From IMG/VR virus record IMGVR_UViG_3300035703_000150, positions 1 through 46,766 of that record: a stretch of DNA of 46,766 nt. The stretch is one strand, 5' to 3'. The position numbers were made by a program, and so were the translations under genes. The stretch is from a virus. Its lineage: Duplodnaviria; Caudoviricetes. The notes under the pieces were generated by a model that was given only the letters and a program-made list of their open reading frames with translations, was not told the DNA's origin and made no database searches. The first letter of the stretch is position 1; the number at the start of each line of letters is the position of its first letter. Positions 19,250-27,704 of this stretch are shown piece by piece.

Positions 19250-19435
19250 ATGCAAATGGACGAAAAACTAAAAGAAGAAATACTGGCATACATAAAAAAT
19301 GTTGAGATTACTATGAAAGCATATGATTTTTCATTGCATTCAAAAGAATATATTGATATACAATCTCATCAAAATAATATCAATAAAATAAAACAACTAA
19401 CAATCAAGATAAAAGAAAAGGTGGAAAAAGCGTGA
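19250..19435 (+). CDS. Hypothetical protein
   Basis: ORF directly after dnaE. Confidence 0.5.
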   Translation: MQMDEKLKEEILAYIKNVEITMKAYDFSLHSKEYIDIQSHQNNINKIKQLTIKIKEKVEKA

Positions 19436-19611
19436 ACAAAGAAAACATGAAAAAAGAAATACTTGGACAGCAAAAAGAAGTTATTAGTGAAAATATGATG
19501 GGCATTGACTTTCGTGTGATGTTGCATGAATGTAAACCTGTTGTTAAGCTTATGCGTCTTACCGAAGATTTCGGTGGATATGAAATGCAATTTAAGAAGG
19601 GAGAATGGTGA
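19432..19611 (+). CDS. Hypothetical protein (59 aa)
   Basis: Not in ORF track. GTGA overlap; fills the gap before dut. Confidence 0.5.
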   Translation: MNKENMKKEILGQQKEVISENMMGIDFRVMLHECKPVVKLMRLTEDFGGYEMQFKKGEW

Positions 19612-19615
19612 TAAG

Positions 19616-20116
19616 ATGTTGTTAGAATATACTGAACTACATGAAAATGTGTTTTCTCCACAGCGAGCAAACCCAAGCGATGTTGGTCTTGATCTTTTCT
19701 TTTCTCCGGATGTTCCGAAAGGAACTCATGATGAACAAAAGAACATGCCAGCAGGCAGCGTTGTTATAATGCCAAATCAAAACATGAAACTGCGAACAGG
19801 TTTGAGCTTCGCTGTGCCACATGGTTTTTGTGCAGAAGTAAAAAATCGCAGTTCAATGTCTGCCAAAAAAGAACTGCTTGTTGGTGGTGGAGTTGTTGAT
19901 CCGGGATACAGTGGAGAAGTTGTTGTGCTGTTGCACAATGTTGGGAGAAACCCACAGATTATCCATCCAGGAGATAAAATCGCACAACTTGTTGTTTATC
20001 CTGTTATCCATGTTCGTCCCATCCAAGTTGATAAAGATGAACTTTACAAGGATGATATTGCCATTAGCAATCGTGGAACTGGCGGCTTTGGCAGCACAGA
20101 TCAAGGAAAGAAGTGA
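19616..20116 (+). CDS. dut: Trimeric dUTPase
   Basis: GLDL, RSS, GVVDPGYSGE, GDKIAQL, RGTGGFGST; ATG 19616. Confidence 0.95.
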   Translation: MLLEYTELHENVFSPQRANPSDVGLDLFFSPDVPKGTHDEQKNMPAGSVVIMPNQNMKLRTGLSFAVPHGFCAEVKNRSSMSAKKELLVGGGVVDPGYSGEVVVLLHNVGRNPQIIHPGDKIAQLVVYPVIHVRPIQVDKDELYKDDIAISNRGTGGFGSTDQGKK

Positions 20117-20123
20117 GAAATAA

Positions 20124-20612
20124 ATGAATAAAAATGATATAAATGTTTTGTTTAGCAGCAAGAGTGACGAATGGGCGACTCCACAATGGCTATTTGATAA
20201 ACTAAATAAAACTCACAACTTCACGCTTGATCCAGCAAGTGATGGTACAAATAATAAGTGTGCTAAACACTATACACAAGCACAAAATGGACTATCACAA
20301 AGTTGGAGCGGAGAAACAGTTTTCATCAATCCACCATATTCAAAAACTTATGACTGGGTAAGTAAAGCATATCACGAAGCGTTTAGCAGCGGTACGACAA
20401 GTATACTTCTCGTCCCAGCAAGAATGGACAGCAAATGGATCCATGAGTTTTGTTTTGATCCATTTGTTTGTAAAAGTATAACATTTATCCGTGGAAGATT
20501 GAAGTTTGGAGGTAGTAAAAACAGTGCTCCATTCCCATCAATGATTATAGAGTTTAGTGGTCCAAGTAAAACTCCGGTTCAGCCACAAATGAAAAGCATG
20601 GCAAACAAATGA
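20124..20612 (+). CDS. Phage DNA N6-adenine methyltransferase
   Basis: DEWATP, FTLDPA, FINPPYS, LVPAR, RGRLKF, APFPS. Confidence 0.9.
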   Translation: MNKNDINVLFSSKSDEWATPQWLFDKLNKTHNFTLDPASDGTNNKCAKHYTQAQNGLSQSWSGETVFINPPYSKTYDWVSKAYHEAFSSGTTSILLVPARMDSKWIHEFCFDPFVCKSITFIRGRLKFGGSKNSAPFPSMIIEFSGPSKTPVQPQMKSMANK

Positions 20613-20863
20613 AACCAATAAAATCAGAAACAAAATCTCACAAAGATAAAGAAAAAGACCTCAAACAAAAACTGAATATGTTTGATCGCCTTCCAGATCA
20701 TTGCTTGACTTGTAACTCTCCGTTTGATAGAAAGAACAGAGAACAAGTTCAGTCTTGGTTTGTTGTTGTAAAGAATGAAGAGCAAAAATGTAACTTGTAT
20801 TGTCCAGAATGCTGGCATAAAGCAACAAAACTTGTTGAAGAATTTTATGGAGAAAAGAAATGA
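20609..20863 (+). CDS. Zn-finger protein
   Basis: CLTC...YCPECW. Confidence 0.65.
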   Translation: MKPIKSETKSHKDKEKDLKQKLNMFDRLPDHCLTCNSPFDRKNREQVQSWFVVVKNEEQKCNLYCPECWHKATKLVEEFYGEKK

Positions 20864-21693
20864 TTCAAACAGCACTGACATTTGATGATGTTCTACTTGT
20901 TCCGGCTTTTAGCACAATAACAAGCCGAAGCGAAGTAAAACTTGACAACAGTTTAGATAAAGAAAGAACACTGACACTACCTGTTATTTCGTCTCCTATG
21001 GATACTGTAACAGAAGTGGATATGGCTGTAACCATATCAAAGCATGGTGGTCTTGGTATTGTTCACAGATACAATTCAGCTGAACATCAAGCAAAACTTG
21101 TATGGGAAGCAAAAAACAAAGGCGCTAAACTTATTGGTGCTGCTGTTGGTTCAACTGGTGATTTTTATGAAAGAACCTGCGAACTTGTAAAGTGTGGTGT
21201 TGATATCATCTGTGTTGATGTTGCTCACGGTCATCATCAAAATGTAAAAGAAGCGATGGATAAAATAAACAAACATCCCCAACGATCAAGTTTTCACCTT
21301 ATGGCTGGTAATGTTGCCACTGGCAAAGCATTTCAGGATTTGAGCGATTGGGGTGCCGATAGCATTCGTGTTGGTATTGGTGGAGGCTGTTTCGTCCCAG
21401 GAACTCTTGTAAATACTGAAAGTGGCTTGAAGAAAATAGAAGATATTTGCGTTGGAGACAAAGTTTTCAGCCATACAGGAAAACTACAACCAGTTATTGA
21501 CACTCTTGTATTTGATAGGGATGAAGAAATACTTTCTATCAACGGTATTGACTGCACCAAAAACCACGAGTTTTATGTTGTTGATAAGGAAAATGCCAAT
21601 CTCATAAATGAGGATAATATTCATCTGTTTGCCCGATGGGTTCATGCAGAACAACTTGATATCGAAAAACATCTTCTTATTGAGTTGGAGTAG
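20860..21693 (+). CDS. guaB: IMP dehydrogenase / GMP reductase family, N-terminal half fused to split N-intein
   Basis: LTFDDVLLVP, SSPMDTVTE, DVAHGH, AGNVAT, RVGIGGG, then intein CFVPGT. Confidence 0.93.
   Translation: MIQTALTFDDVLLVPAFSTITSRSEVKLDNSLDKERTLTLPVISSPMDTVTEVDMAVTISKHGGLGIVHRYNSAEHQAKLVWEAKNKGAKLIGAAVGSTGDFYERTCELVKCGVDIICVDVAHGHHQNVKEAMDKINKHPQRSSFHLMAGNVATGKAFQDLSDWGADSIRVGIGGGCFVPGTLVNTESGLKKIEDICVGDKVFSHTGKLQPVIDTLVFDRDEEILSINGIDCTKNHEFYVVDKENANLINEDNIHLFARWVHAEQLDIEKHLLIELE
21388..21690 (+). mobile_element. Split intein, N-part (IMPDH-1 type)
   Basis: Block A CFVPGTLV and block B CTKNHEF; ORF ends shortly after. Confidence 0.92.
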
Positions 21694-21710
21694 GTAGTAA
21701 ATGTATGAGT

Positions 21711-21733
21711 GCCTCCTATATACATTAGGAGGC
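21711..21733 (+). promoter_or_regulatory. Hairpin sequestering the endonuclease RBS
   Basis: GCCTCCTA-TATACAT-TAGGAGGC; AGGAGG lies in the 3' arm just upstream of ATG 21741. Confidence 0.75.
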
Positions 21734-21740
21734 TACACCC

Positions 21741-22556
21741 ATGAAGACTGAAAAAGTTTGCTCTATTTGTGGAGTTGTTTTTACCCACAAAGATAAAAGA
21801 CAAAAATATTGCAATAGACAATGTTACAACAAAAGACTAAAAGGAAATGGAAATCCTTTCGCTGGAAAAACACACAGTAAAGAAACTGTGGGTAAAATAA
21901 GAGAAAAACTTATTGGAAAGATGGTTGGAGATAAAAATCCATTTTATGGTAAGCAACACGACAAAGAAACTCTTGATAAAATAAATAAAGCAAATGCACT
22001 ATTTCGTGAAAATAATAAAGAGTTAGTAGAAGAACGTTTGCTCAAAAGATTGAACCTAACAGAAGAAAAGATAAAACTTATATATGAAGAATATAGGGAT
22101 ACACACGAAACTCTTGCAACTTTGAAAAAAAAATATGAAGTTGATTCAAGAGTGCTAAAAAAGTATTTTATCAAATATGTTGCTTGCACCAAAGAAGAAC
22201 TCGAAGAAGTTGCTTTTAGAAAAAAATATAAAAATGCTACAAGTGTTGGAGAAGAAACTTTATATACTTTACTGTGTAATCTTTTTGGTAGTGACAAGAT
22301 AAAAAGACAATATAAAATATCATTTTATTACTTTGATTTTCTTGTTGACGACAAGTTCTTGATAGAGTATGATGGCTATTATTGGCACAATTTAGTAAAG
22401 AATAATGATGATGTGAAAACACAAACAGCGTTATCTAATGGATACAACTTGTATCGTGTTCGTGAAGACGAAAAAAGAGAAGTAGATTTTCTAAAAGAAA
22501 TACAAATAATAAAGGATATGTATGAAGTTCAAACTAAAAGAAATAACATCAATTGA
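21741..22556 (+). mobile_element. Homing endonuclease: Zn finger, NUMOD3 repeats and Vsr-like (DUF559-type) nuclease domain
   Basis: CSIC...YCNRQC; NPFAGKTHS and NPFYGKQHD; E...FDF...IEYDGYYWH...GYNLYRV. Confidence 0.88.
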
Positions 22557-22641
22557 AACAAAACATTATAAAGGACCCGTCCATGATCTGACTGTAAGTG
22601 AAGATCATTCATATAATGTTCGCGGAACCATAGTTCATAAC
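22522..22641 (+). mobile_element. Split intein, C-part (40 aa)
   Basis: Blocks F/G ending His-Asn, followed by Ser+1. Confidence 0.92.
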
Positions 22642-23151
22642 TCTATCTGTTCAACACGACTACAAACAGGTTTTGGTGTCCCGAACCTTGCTGCCATATT
22701 TGATTGTGTTCAATCACAGGCATATAGGAGTGGAAAAACAAAACTTATTGTAGATGGCGGTATCAAGAATAGTGGCGACATGGTAAAAGCATTCGCTGCT
22801 GGTGCTCACTTTGTTATGTGTGGTTCAATGCTTGCCGGAACAGATGAAAGTCCAGGAGAAACATTTGTTGATGGTAATGGTGTAAAGATGAAGAACTATC
22901 GTGGTATGGCCAGCCGAGAAGCGCAGACAAACTGGCGTGGTAAAAGTTCAGCACCAGAAGGCATTTCTACATTCATCAAACATAAAGGTTCGGTTGAAAA
23001 CATTCTTGATGATATCCGTGGAAATATTCAAAGTGGATTTTCATATGCCGGTGCAAGAAACTTCACAGAACTATCAGGTAAAGTTCAATTCATTCAGCAG
23101 ACAAGTGCTGGTTTAGGTGAGAGTTTTACACATATTTTGAATAAAAAGTGA
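22522..23151 (+). CDS. guaB: Split C-intein fused to IMP dehydrogenase C-terminal half
   Basis: VHDLTV...VHN|SICSTR (catalytic Cys), DGGIK, VMCGSMLAGTDESPG, YRGMAS. Confidence 0.93.
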   Translation: MKFKLKEITSIETKHYKGPVHDLTVSEDHSYNVRGTIVHNSICSTRLQTGFGVPNLAAIFDCVQSQAYRSGKTKLIVDGGIKNSGDMVKAFAAGAHFVMCGSMLAGTDESPGETFVDGNGVKMKNYRGMASREAQTNWRGKSSAPEGISTFIKHKGSVENILDDIRGNIQSGFSYAGARNFTELSGKVQFIQQTSAGLGESFTHILNKK

Positions 23152-23154
23152 TAT

Positions 23155-23514
23155 ATGACTGACGAAAAACAAGAACAAAAGCCACAAAGAGGACATGTTC
23201 CTTGCAAACTTTACTTTGTTGAAACAGTTGATGGTGAATATGCTCGTCTATTGATAAAGCTACGACACGAAGAGCTTACAAGAAAAGAGTTCTTCACTTC
23301 GCTCATAACAGCGTTTCTTGATGATGAACCAAATATCCGTGCTTTTCTAAAAGCATATCGCAAAAGCAAAGGATATGCTCAATGGAAAGAAGAAGTGCTT
23401 GACAGCGAGGTAGAAGATGGTAAAATAGAGATGCAGAAGTTTGGTCTTGATGAAAATGAGATTGACGATCTGTATGATATTTTTGACTTGGAAGACCAAG
23501 AAGGTGGTTTATGA
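23155..23514 (+). CDS. Hypothetical protein, possibly DNA-binding
   Basis: ORF with acidic tail. Confidence 0.6.
   Translation: MTDEKQEQKPQRGHVPCKLYFVETVDGEYARLLIKLRHEELTRKEFFTSLITAFLDDEPNIRAFLKAYRKSKGYAQWKEEVLDSEVEDGKIEMQKFGLDENEIDDLYDIFDLEDQEGGL
23399..23426 (+). promoter_or_regulatory. Intragenic sigma70-type promoter upstream of purA
   Basis: TTGACA-16-TAAAAT with TG extension. Confidence 0.55.
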
Positions 23515-24524
23515 AAAAGCGACTGTTGGCTGATGTTATTGTTGGATTGAACTTTGGAGATGAAGGTAAGGGTAAAATAACCCACGACCTATTACAAAGC
23601 AGTGAATACACCCATTGTGTTAGATTTGGAGGAGGGCATAATGCCGGTCACACCATTTTTCATAACGGAAAAAAGATTGTAACCCACATTATTCCTTCTG
23701 GCGTTATAAGAGGCATACGTTCTGTTATTGGTCCTGGTTGCGTTGTTAGTCCAACTCTTCTAAAAAACGAAATCCAAGAGTTAGAAACAGCAGGAATAGA
23801 TGTAAAAAAACATCTTTTTGTTGACAAGCGTTGCCATGTTATAACCAGTGAACATTTAGATGAAGACGGTAGGGATACAAAAATAGGTACAACTCGCAGA
23901 GGAACGGGACCGGCATATCGTGACAAGTATGATCGTAAGGGTTTGAGAGTTGGAGAGCTAAACGATTCAGAAATAAATGTTACAGATATCTATGACGAGC
24001 TTCACAGCAGCGATTTTCCAGTTGTTGCCCTTTTTGAAGGAGCACAAGCGTTTGGTCTTGATATTGACTGGGGTGATTATCCTTATGTTACTTCTTCCAC
24101 TTGTAATGTTGGTGGTGTTGTAAATAATGGTGTTCCGGCTCAATCAGTAAGAACTGTTTATGGCGTAACAAAAGCATATCAAACATATGTTGGAGCGAAA
24201 AAATTTCAACCAGATGGCGAGATATTCAACAAGATCCGTGAAGTTGGAATGGAATATGGAGCTACAACTGGAAGACCAAGACAAGTTGATTTTCTTGACA
24301 TGGATCAACTTATCAAAGCATCAAGAATAAATGGTGTGCGAGAACTTATTATAAACAAGACAGATATACTACAGCAAGTAAACACTTGGAAACTATATCG
24401 CAATAAGAAACTTGTTGACTTGCAGCAAGAAGATCGCTTTACCGATTTTGTGCGAAATGAACTGCTCAAGAATTGTCCAGAAATAGATACAGTTGTTTTT
24501 TCTTATTCGCCCAACGCAATATGA
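23511..24524 (+). CDS. purA: Adenylosuccinate synthetase (short form)
   Basis: GDEGKGK, GGHNAGHT, IGTT.RG.GPAY, FEGAQ, YPYVTSS, EYGATTGRPR. Confidence 0.93.
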   Translation: MKKRLLADVIVGLNFGDEGKGKITHDLLQSSEYTHCVRFGGGHNAGHTIFHNGKKIVTHIIPSGVIRGIRSVIGPGCVVSPTLLKNEIQELETAGIDVKKHLFVDKRCHVITSEHLDEDGRDTKIGTTRRGTGPAYRDKYDRKGLRVGELNDSEINVTDIYDELHSSDFPVVALFEGAQAFGLDIDWGDYPYVTSSTCNVGGVVNNGVPAQSVRTVYGVTKAYQTYVGAKKFQPDGEIFNKIREVGMEYGATTGRPRQVDFLDMDQLIKASRINGVRELIINKTDILQQVNTWKLYRNKKLVDLQQEDRFTDFVRNELLKNCPEIDTVVFSYSPNAI

Positions 24525-24537
24525 AAGTGAGAAAAAT

Positions 24538-24774
24538 ATGAGAAAATGTAGCCTAAAATGTATAGAGTTAGAAACAGAATGTCCCAATACTGATTGTCGT
24601 TATTGGATAGAGCACAATGATAGCCTAAATTGCACTTTTATTGCCGTTGATAAGCATGGAAGCATGGATCTGCGAACAGTAGGAGATATAATGGGCGTAA
24701 GCTTTGTTCGCATAAAGCAAATACAAGATAAAGCAGTTGGCAAGATCAATAAAGTTCTAAAAATATTAGACTGA
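24538..24774 (+). CDS. Cys-rich protein with sigma70 region-4-like HTH
   Basis: Five Cys, then MDLRTVGDIMGVSFVRIKQIQDKAVGKI (cf. TL.EVG..F.VTRERIRQIE.KAL.KL). Confidence 0.75.
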   Translation: MRKCSLKCIELETECPNTDCRYWIEHNDSLNCTFIAVDKHGSMDLRTVGDIMGVSFVRIKQIQDKAVGKINKVLKILD

Positions 24775-24832
24775 ATAACATCAAAATAAAAACTATATAT
24801 ATGTGTATCGTATTTTATCGGAGGTATTATGA

Positions 24833-25270
24833 ATGGAACAGCAATATACATTGATTATCGGTGGCCTAATAATACCTCTTTTTTTACTTACCATGAAAGA
24901 AGTTTTTACATGGTTGAAAGATAAAAATCTTCAAACAACAGATAATAAAATACATAAAATGAAAGACGATATTGAAAGTGCCAAAAATAAATTGGAAAGA
25001 CTTGATTATAAGTTAGATGGAATATACAATATGAATAAAACCATGTTTGAATGGCACGATAAGTCAGATGAAGATGGTGTGAAAATATGGTATGTTCGTC
25101 GTTCGTTGGAAGAAGCATTGCAAGAAAATGTAAAAGCAATAAACATACTTGCCAAAAATAGCGAAGTTCAAACAAGATTGCTTGAAGATATGGTAAGACA
25201 GAACAAAGAAATCAGCAAAGATCAAATGATTTTATCAAAATTATTAGAAAGATTGATAGATAAACAATAA
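24833..25270 (+). CDS. N-terminal TM plus coiled-coil protein
   Basis: GGAGG RBS; single hydrophobic helix, then heptads. Confidence 0.65.
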   Translation: MEQQYTLIIGGLIIPLFLLTMKEVFTWLKDKNLQTTDNKIHKMKDDIESAKNKLERLDYKLDGIYNMNKTMFEWHDKSDEDGVKIWYVRRSLEEALQENVKAINILAKNSEVQTRLLEDMVRQNKEISKDQMILSKLLERLIDKQ

Positions 25271-25340
25271 TATTTTTGGATTTCTGGATTTATAGCACTA
25301 TTTACTGGTAGATTTCTTTATTTAGTAAGGGAGATATGTA

Positions 25341-26051
25341 ATGAGTAAGAAAAAACTATTAGAAGAAAGCACTATTCGCAGCTTTATGAAACTTGCGAAT
25401 CTGCAACCACTGACCAATAAATTCCTCAAAGAAAGCGAACATGAGGAAGAAAAAGACGAAAAAGAAGACGAAAAAGAAGACGAAAAAGCTCTTGAAGAAG
25501 AAGTTGAAGAAGATGGCGAAGTAAAAGAAGAAGCCAAAACACTTACCCCACAAAAACCAGGCAAAATGGATGCTGCTAAACACGCCGCTCCAGACGCCAA
25601 AATGAAACCACTAAAAGCCGGAACTCATCACTCCGACAAGCCAGATAGCATTGAAGCTAAAGATCATTCAAATGCTCCAAAAAAGAACAACAGCCAACAT
25701 GAAGTTGTTAGTGAAAATGTTGAAGAAGAAATGAAAATGGAAGCAGATGATGAAATGACTGGTAGCGACGCTGCTGGTGAAAGCGAAGAACATCAAGAAA
25801 CTGTAAAAGATGCCATTCAAAAAATCCTTGGCGCTGTTTCACAAATAGCACAAGAATATGGCGTTGAGATGGATGTTCAATCAGGTGAAGAAGAAATGGA
25901 ACCAGAAGCTGCTCCACCAGCAGACATGGCACCAGAAGCACCTGCAGCAGAAGATGAAAAAATGATGGAAGCAAAACTTGAAGAAATGGTTGAAAAACTA
26001 ACCAAGCGAGTTGCTGCCCGTCTTGTAAAAGAATCAAAAAAGAAACGCTGA
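25341..26051 (+). CDS. Acidic low-complexity protein, possibly head scaffold or internal protein
   Basis: E/D-rich; LLEESTIRSFMKLA N-terminus; EKEDEKED repeats; upstream CTATTTA. Confidence 0.6.
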   Translation: MSKKKLLEESTIRSFMKLANLQPLTNKFLKESEHEEEKDEKEDEKEDEKALEEEVEEDGEVKEEAKTLTPQKPGKMDAAKHAAPDAKMKPLKAGTHHSDKPDSIEAKDHSNAPKKNNSQHEVVSENVEEEMKMEADDEMTGSDAAGESEEHQETVKDAIQKILGAVSQIAQEYGVEMDVQSGEEEMEPEAAPPADMAPEAPAAEDEKMMEAKLEEMVEKLTKRVAARLVKESKKKR

Positions 26052-26076
26052 TAAGTCTCTAAAATAAAGAAATCAA

Positions 26077-26109
26077 GGCAAGCCGGGATTATTTCCCGGC
26101 TTTGTCTTT
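26077..26109 (+). terminator. Intrinsic terminator
   Basis: AAGCCGGGA-TTATT-TCCCGGCTT, then TGTCTTT. Confidence 0.75.
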
Positions 26110-26112
26110 GGT

Positions 26113-26141
26113 TTGACCGTTCGGTCGGCGTGTGCTATGGT
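26113..26141 (+). promoter_or_regulatory. Sigma70-type promoter
   Basis: TTGACC-17-TATGGT with TG extension. Confidence 0.6.
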
Positions 26142-26160
26142 AGGGGTCGGAGGTGTAGAA

Positions 26161-26664
26161 ATGCTCGCCGGTTCAGCGTGGAAATATACAGCAGATGATG
26201 AAGGACATATCTACCGTATTCAGGTAAATAATGTGCCTGATAATGCAACAAGAGACTATGTTGAAGAAAAACTCTCTGACTGGAATACCAGCGGAGAAGG
26301 ATGGAACAACAATGGTCAGATCCTTTTCTTTGTAAAAAAGTTTCCAGACACAGAAAAGTGGGAAGAGTGGGTAAAGTCATTTAGAGACTTCAACCTAAAG
26401 ATTCTTGATCGTGAAGGAAAAGCAAAAAAACAAATTGTTACAGAAGTAAAGGCAATAGAACAACCTGCAAGCAAACGGGTTTGTTCAAAATGTAAAAAGC
26501 CAGGTCACAATGCCGCGACTTGCCGGGATTTTCATCGTAAAGAAGTAGCAGCGCAAGTTATTGTTCCGACTGCTACTATTGTTGAGGAGAAAGGACAACG
26601 AACATGTTCAATTTGTAAGCAGAAAGGTCACAATGCCCGACGATGCCAAAGCAAAAATAAATGA
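26161..26664 (+). CDS. Protein with two CCHC zinc knuckles
   Basis: CSKCKKPGHNAATC and CSICKQKGHNARRC; ATG 26161 after GGAGG. Confidence 0.75.
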   Translation: MLAGSAWKYTADDEGHIYRIQVNNVPDNATRDYVEEKLSDWNTSGEGWNNNGQILFFVKKFPDTEKWEEWVKSFRDFNLKILDREGKAKKQIVTEVKAIEQPASKRVCSKCKKPGHNAATCRDFHRKEVAAQVIVPTATIVEEKGQRTCSICKQKGHNARRCQSKNK

Positions 26665-26893
26665 GTATGTTGAATACATAAAAAGACTAAATAATGCCCT
26701 TCATTCTGTTGGATATGGCGCAGAAGCAGTTATAGTGACTTTTCAGCCACGAATGGCTATACTTCATGGACCACGAGCAGAAGCAGTAGCGAACAATCTA
26801 TTGCAAGCAGAAAGGATACGATATTGCAGCCAGATATTCTCCAAAGGAAGATATGCAAAGCGAGCCTATATTGCAGAGTTTTACGATAAGTAA
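26633..26893 (+). CDS. Hypothetical protein
   Basis: ORF; ATG 26633 preferred. Confidence 0.55.
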   Translation: MPDDAKAKINEYVEYIKRLNNALHSVGYGAEAVIVTFQPRMAILHGPRAEAVANNLLQAERIRYCSQIFSKGRYAKRAYIAEFYDK

Positions 26894-27074
26894 AAAAACA
26901 TCTCTAAAATGTGGAGATATAATAAAAATCCTTGATATTCAAGGAAATACGGTTGAATATGCATATTTACTAAAGGACCCGGTGAAAACAAATGGTGTCT
27001 TTATTGTTGATGTAAGAGCGCAAAGTAATGAAACAGTTTCTATGGCGGTAACAAATGCGATTCAAAAAGTTTAG
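26853..27074 (+). CDS. Small SH3/KOW-like paralog
   Basis: LKCGDII pattern. Confidence 0.5.
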   Translation: MQSEPILQSFTISKKTSLKCGDIIKILDIQGNTVEYAYLLKDPVKTNGVFIVDVRAQSNETVSMAVTNAIQKV

Positions 27075-27264
27075 AAGCCAAATGTTTGTTATAGGAGATC
27101 TTGTTGTTCCAGCATGGTCCCCAAAAGAACCGCATGGACTTGGAATTATATATGACATCATAGAAGATGGAATATACGAAAAGATATGTGTTTGCTGGCA
27201 ACTAAAAGGAACAAGCGAAGAACACCTTTCAGATATAAAAGTCATCCAGCAAACTCTTGACTAA
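27055..27264 (+). CDS. Small SH3/KOW-like paralog
   Basis: FVIGDLV...GLGII...VCWQ. Confidence 0.6.
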   Translation: MRFKKFRSQMFVIGDLVVPAWSPKEPHGLGIIYDIIEDGIYEKICVCWQLKGTSEEHLSDIKVIQQTLD

Positions 27265-27285
27265 CAAAAGGAAACATGCTAATAT
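27257..27285 (+). promoter_or_regulatory. Sigma70-type promoter
   Basis: TTGACT-17-TAATAT with TG extension. Confidence 0.55.
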
Positions 27286-27319
27286 GATGTGGTGGTGGTC
27301 AGATGTAAAGGATGAGACT

Positions 27320-27505
27320 ATGTCAGAGGATGATTTCTTTGATATGCTTGAGAGCGGTATATGTTCTGATTTTGTTGAATATTTGGAAATATACGAAGGC
27401 AAAGGCTACTACATACCGTTTATAACAACCACATCTTATCTAACTCATCCGGCCAGCAGAAAAAGTTTATCAATAAAAGATAAGCAAGTTCAATACCCAA
27501 ACTAA
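27320..27505 (+). CDS. Hypothetical protein
   Basis: ATG 27320 downstream of the promoter. Confidence 0.45.
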   Translation: MSEDDFFDMLESGICSDFVEYLEIYEGKGYYIPFITTTSYLTHPASRKSLSIKDKQVQYPN

Positions 27506-27518
27506 CCAAGAGGAGAAA

Positions 27519-27704
27519 ATGAAAAAGATTACGGCAGGAAACCTTGTTCAATGGAATGGTGTTGATCGCACTCTTTCCGAGTTTATTGAGTGGCTTGAAG
27601 ATAAGCCGCATCTTGATAGTAAACACTCAAAACTATTGAGTGATCTAACGGTTGCTTATAACAACTTTGCAGATGATGAAGATACCGGTCACGAAGAACT
27701 ATGA
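27519..27704 (+). CDS. Hypothetical protein
   Basis: GAGGAG RBS. Confidence 0.6.
   Translation: MKKITAGNLVQWNGVDRTLSEFIEWLEDKPHLDSKHSKLLSDLTVAYNNFADDEDTGHEEL

Noticed and set aside
19526-19615. N-terminal extension of dUTPase
   Set aside because: It overlaps a better ORF (19432-19611), and dUTPase homology starts at ATG 19616.
23511-24524. PurZ (2-aminoadenine, Z-genome pathway)
   Set aside because: The P-loop is GDEGKGK with the PurA catalytic Asp, not the Ser of PurZ, and no dATPase (DatZ) or MazZ gene is recognisable nearby.
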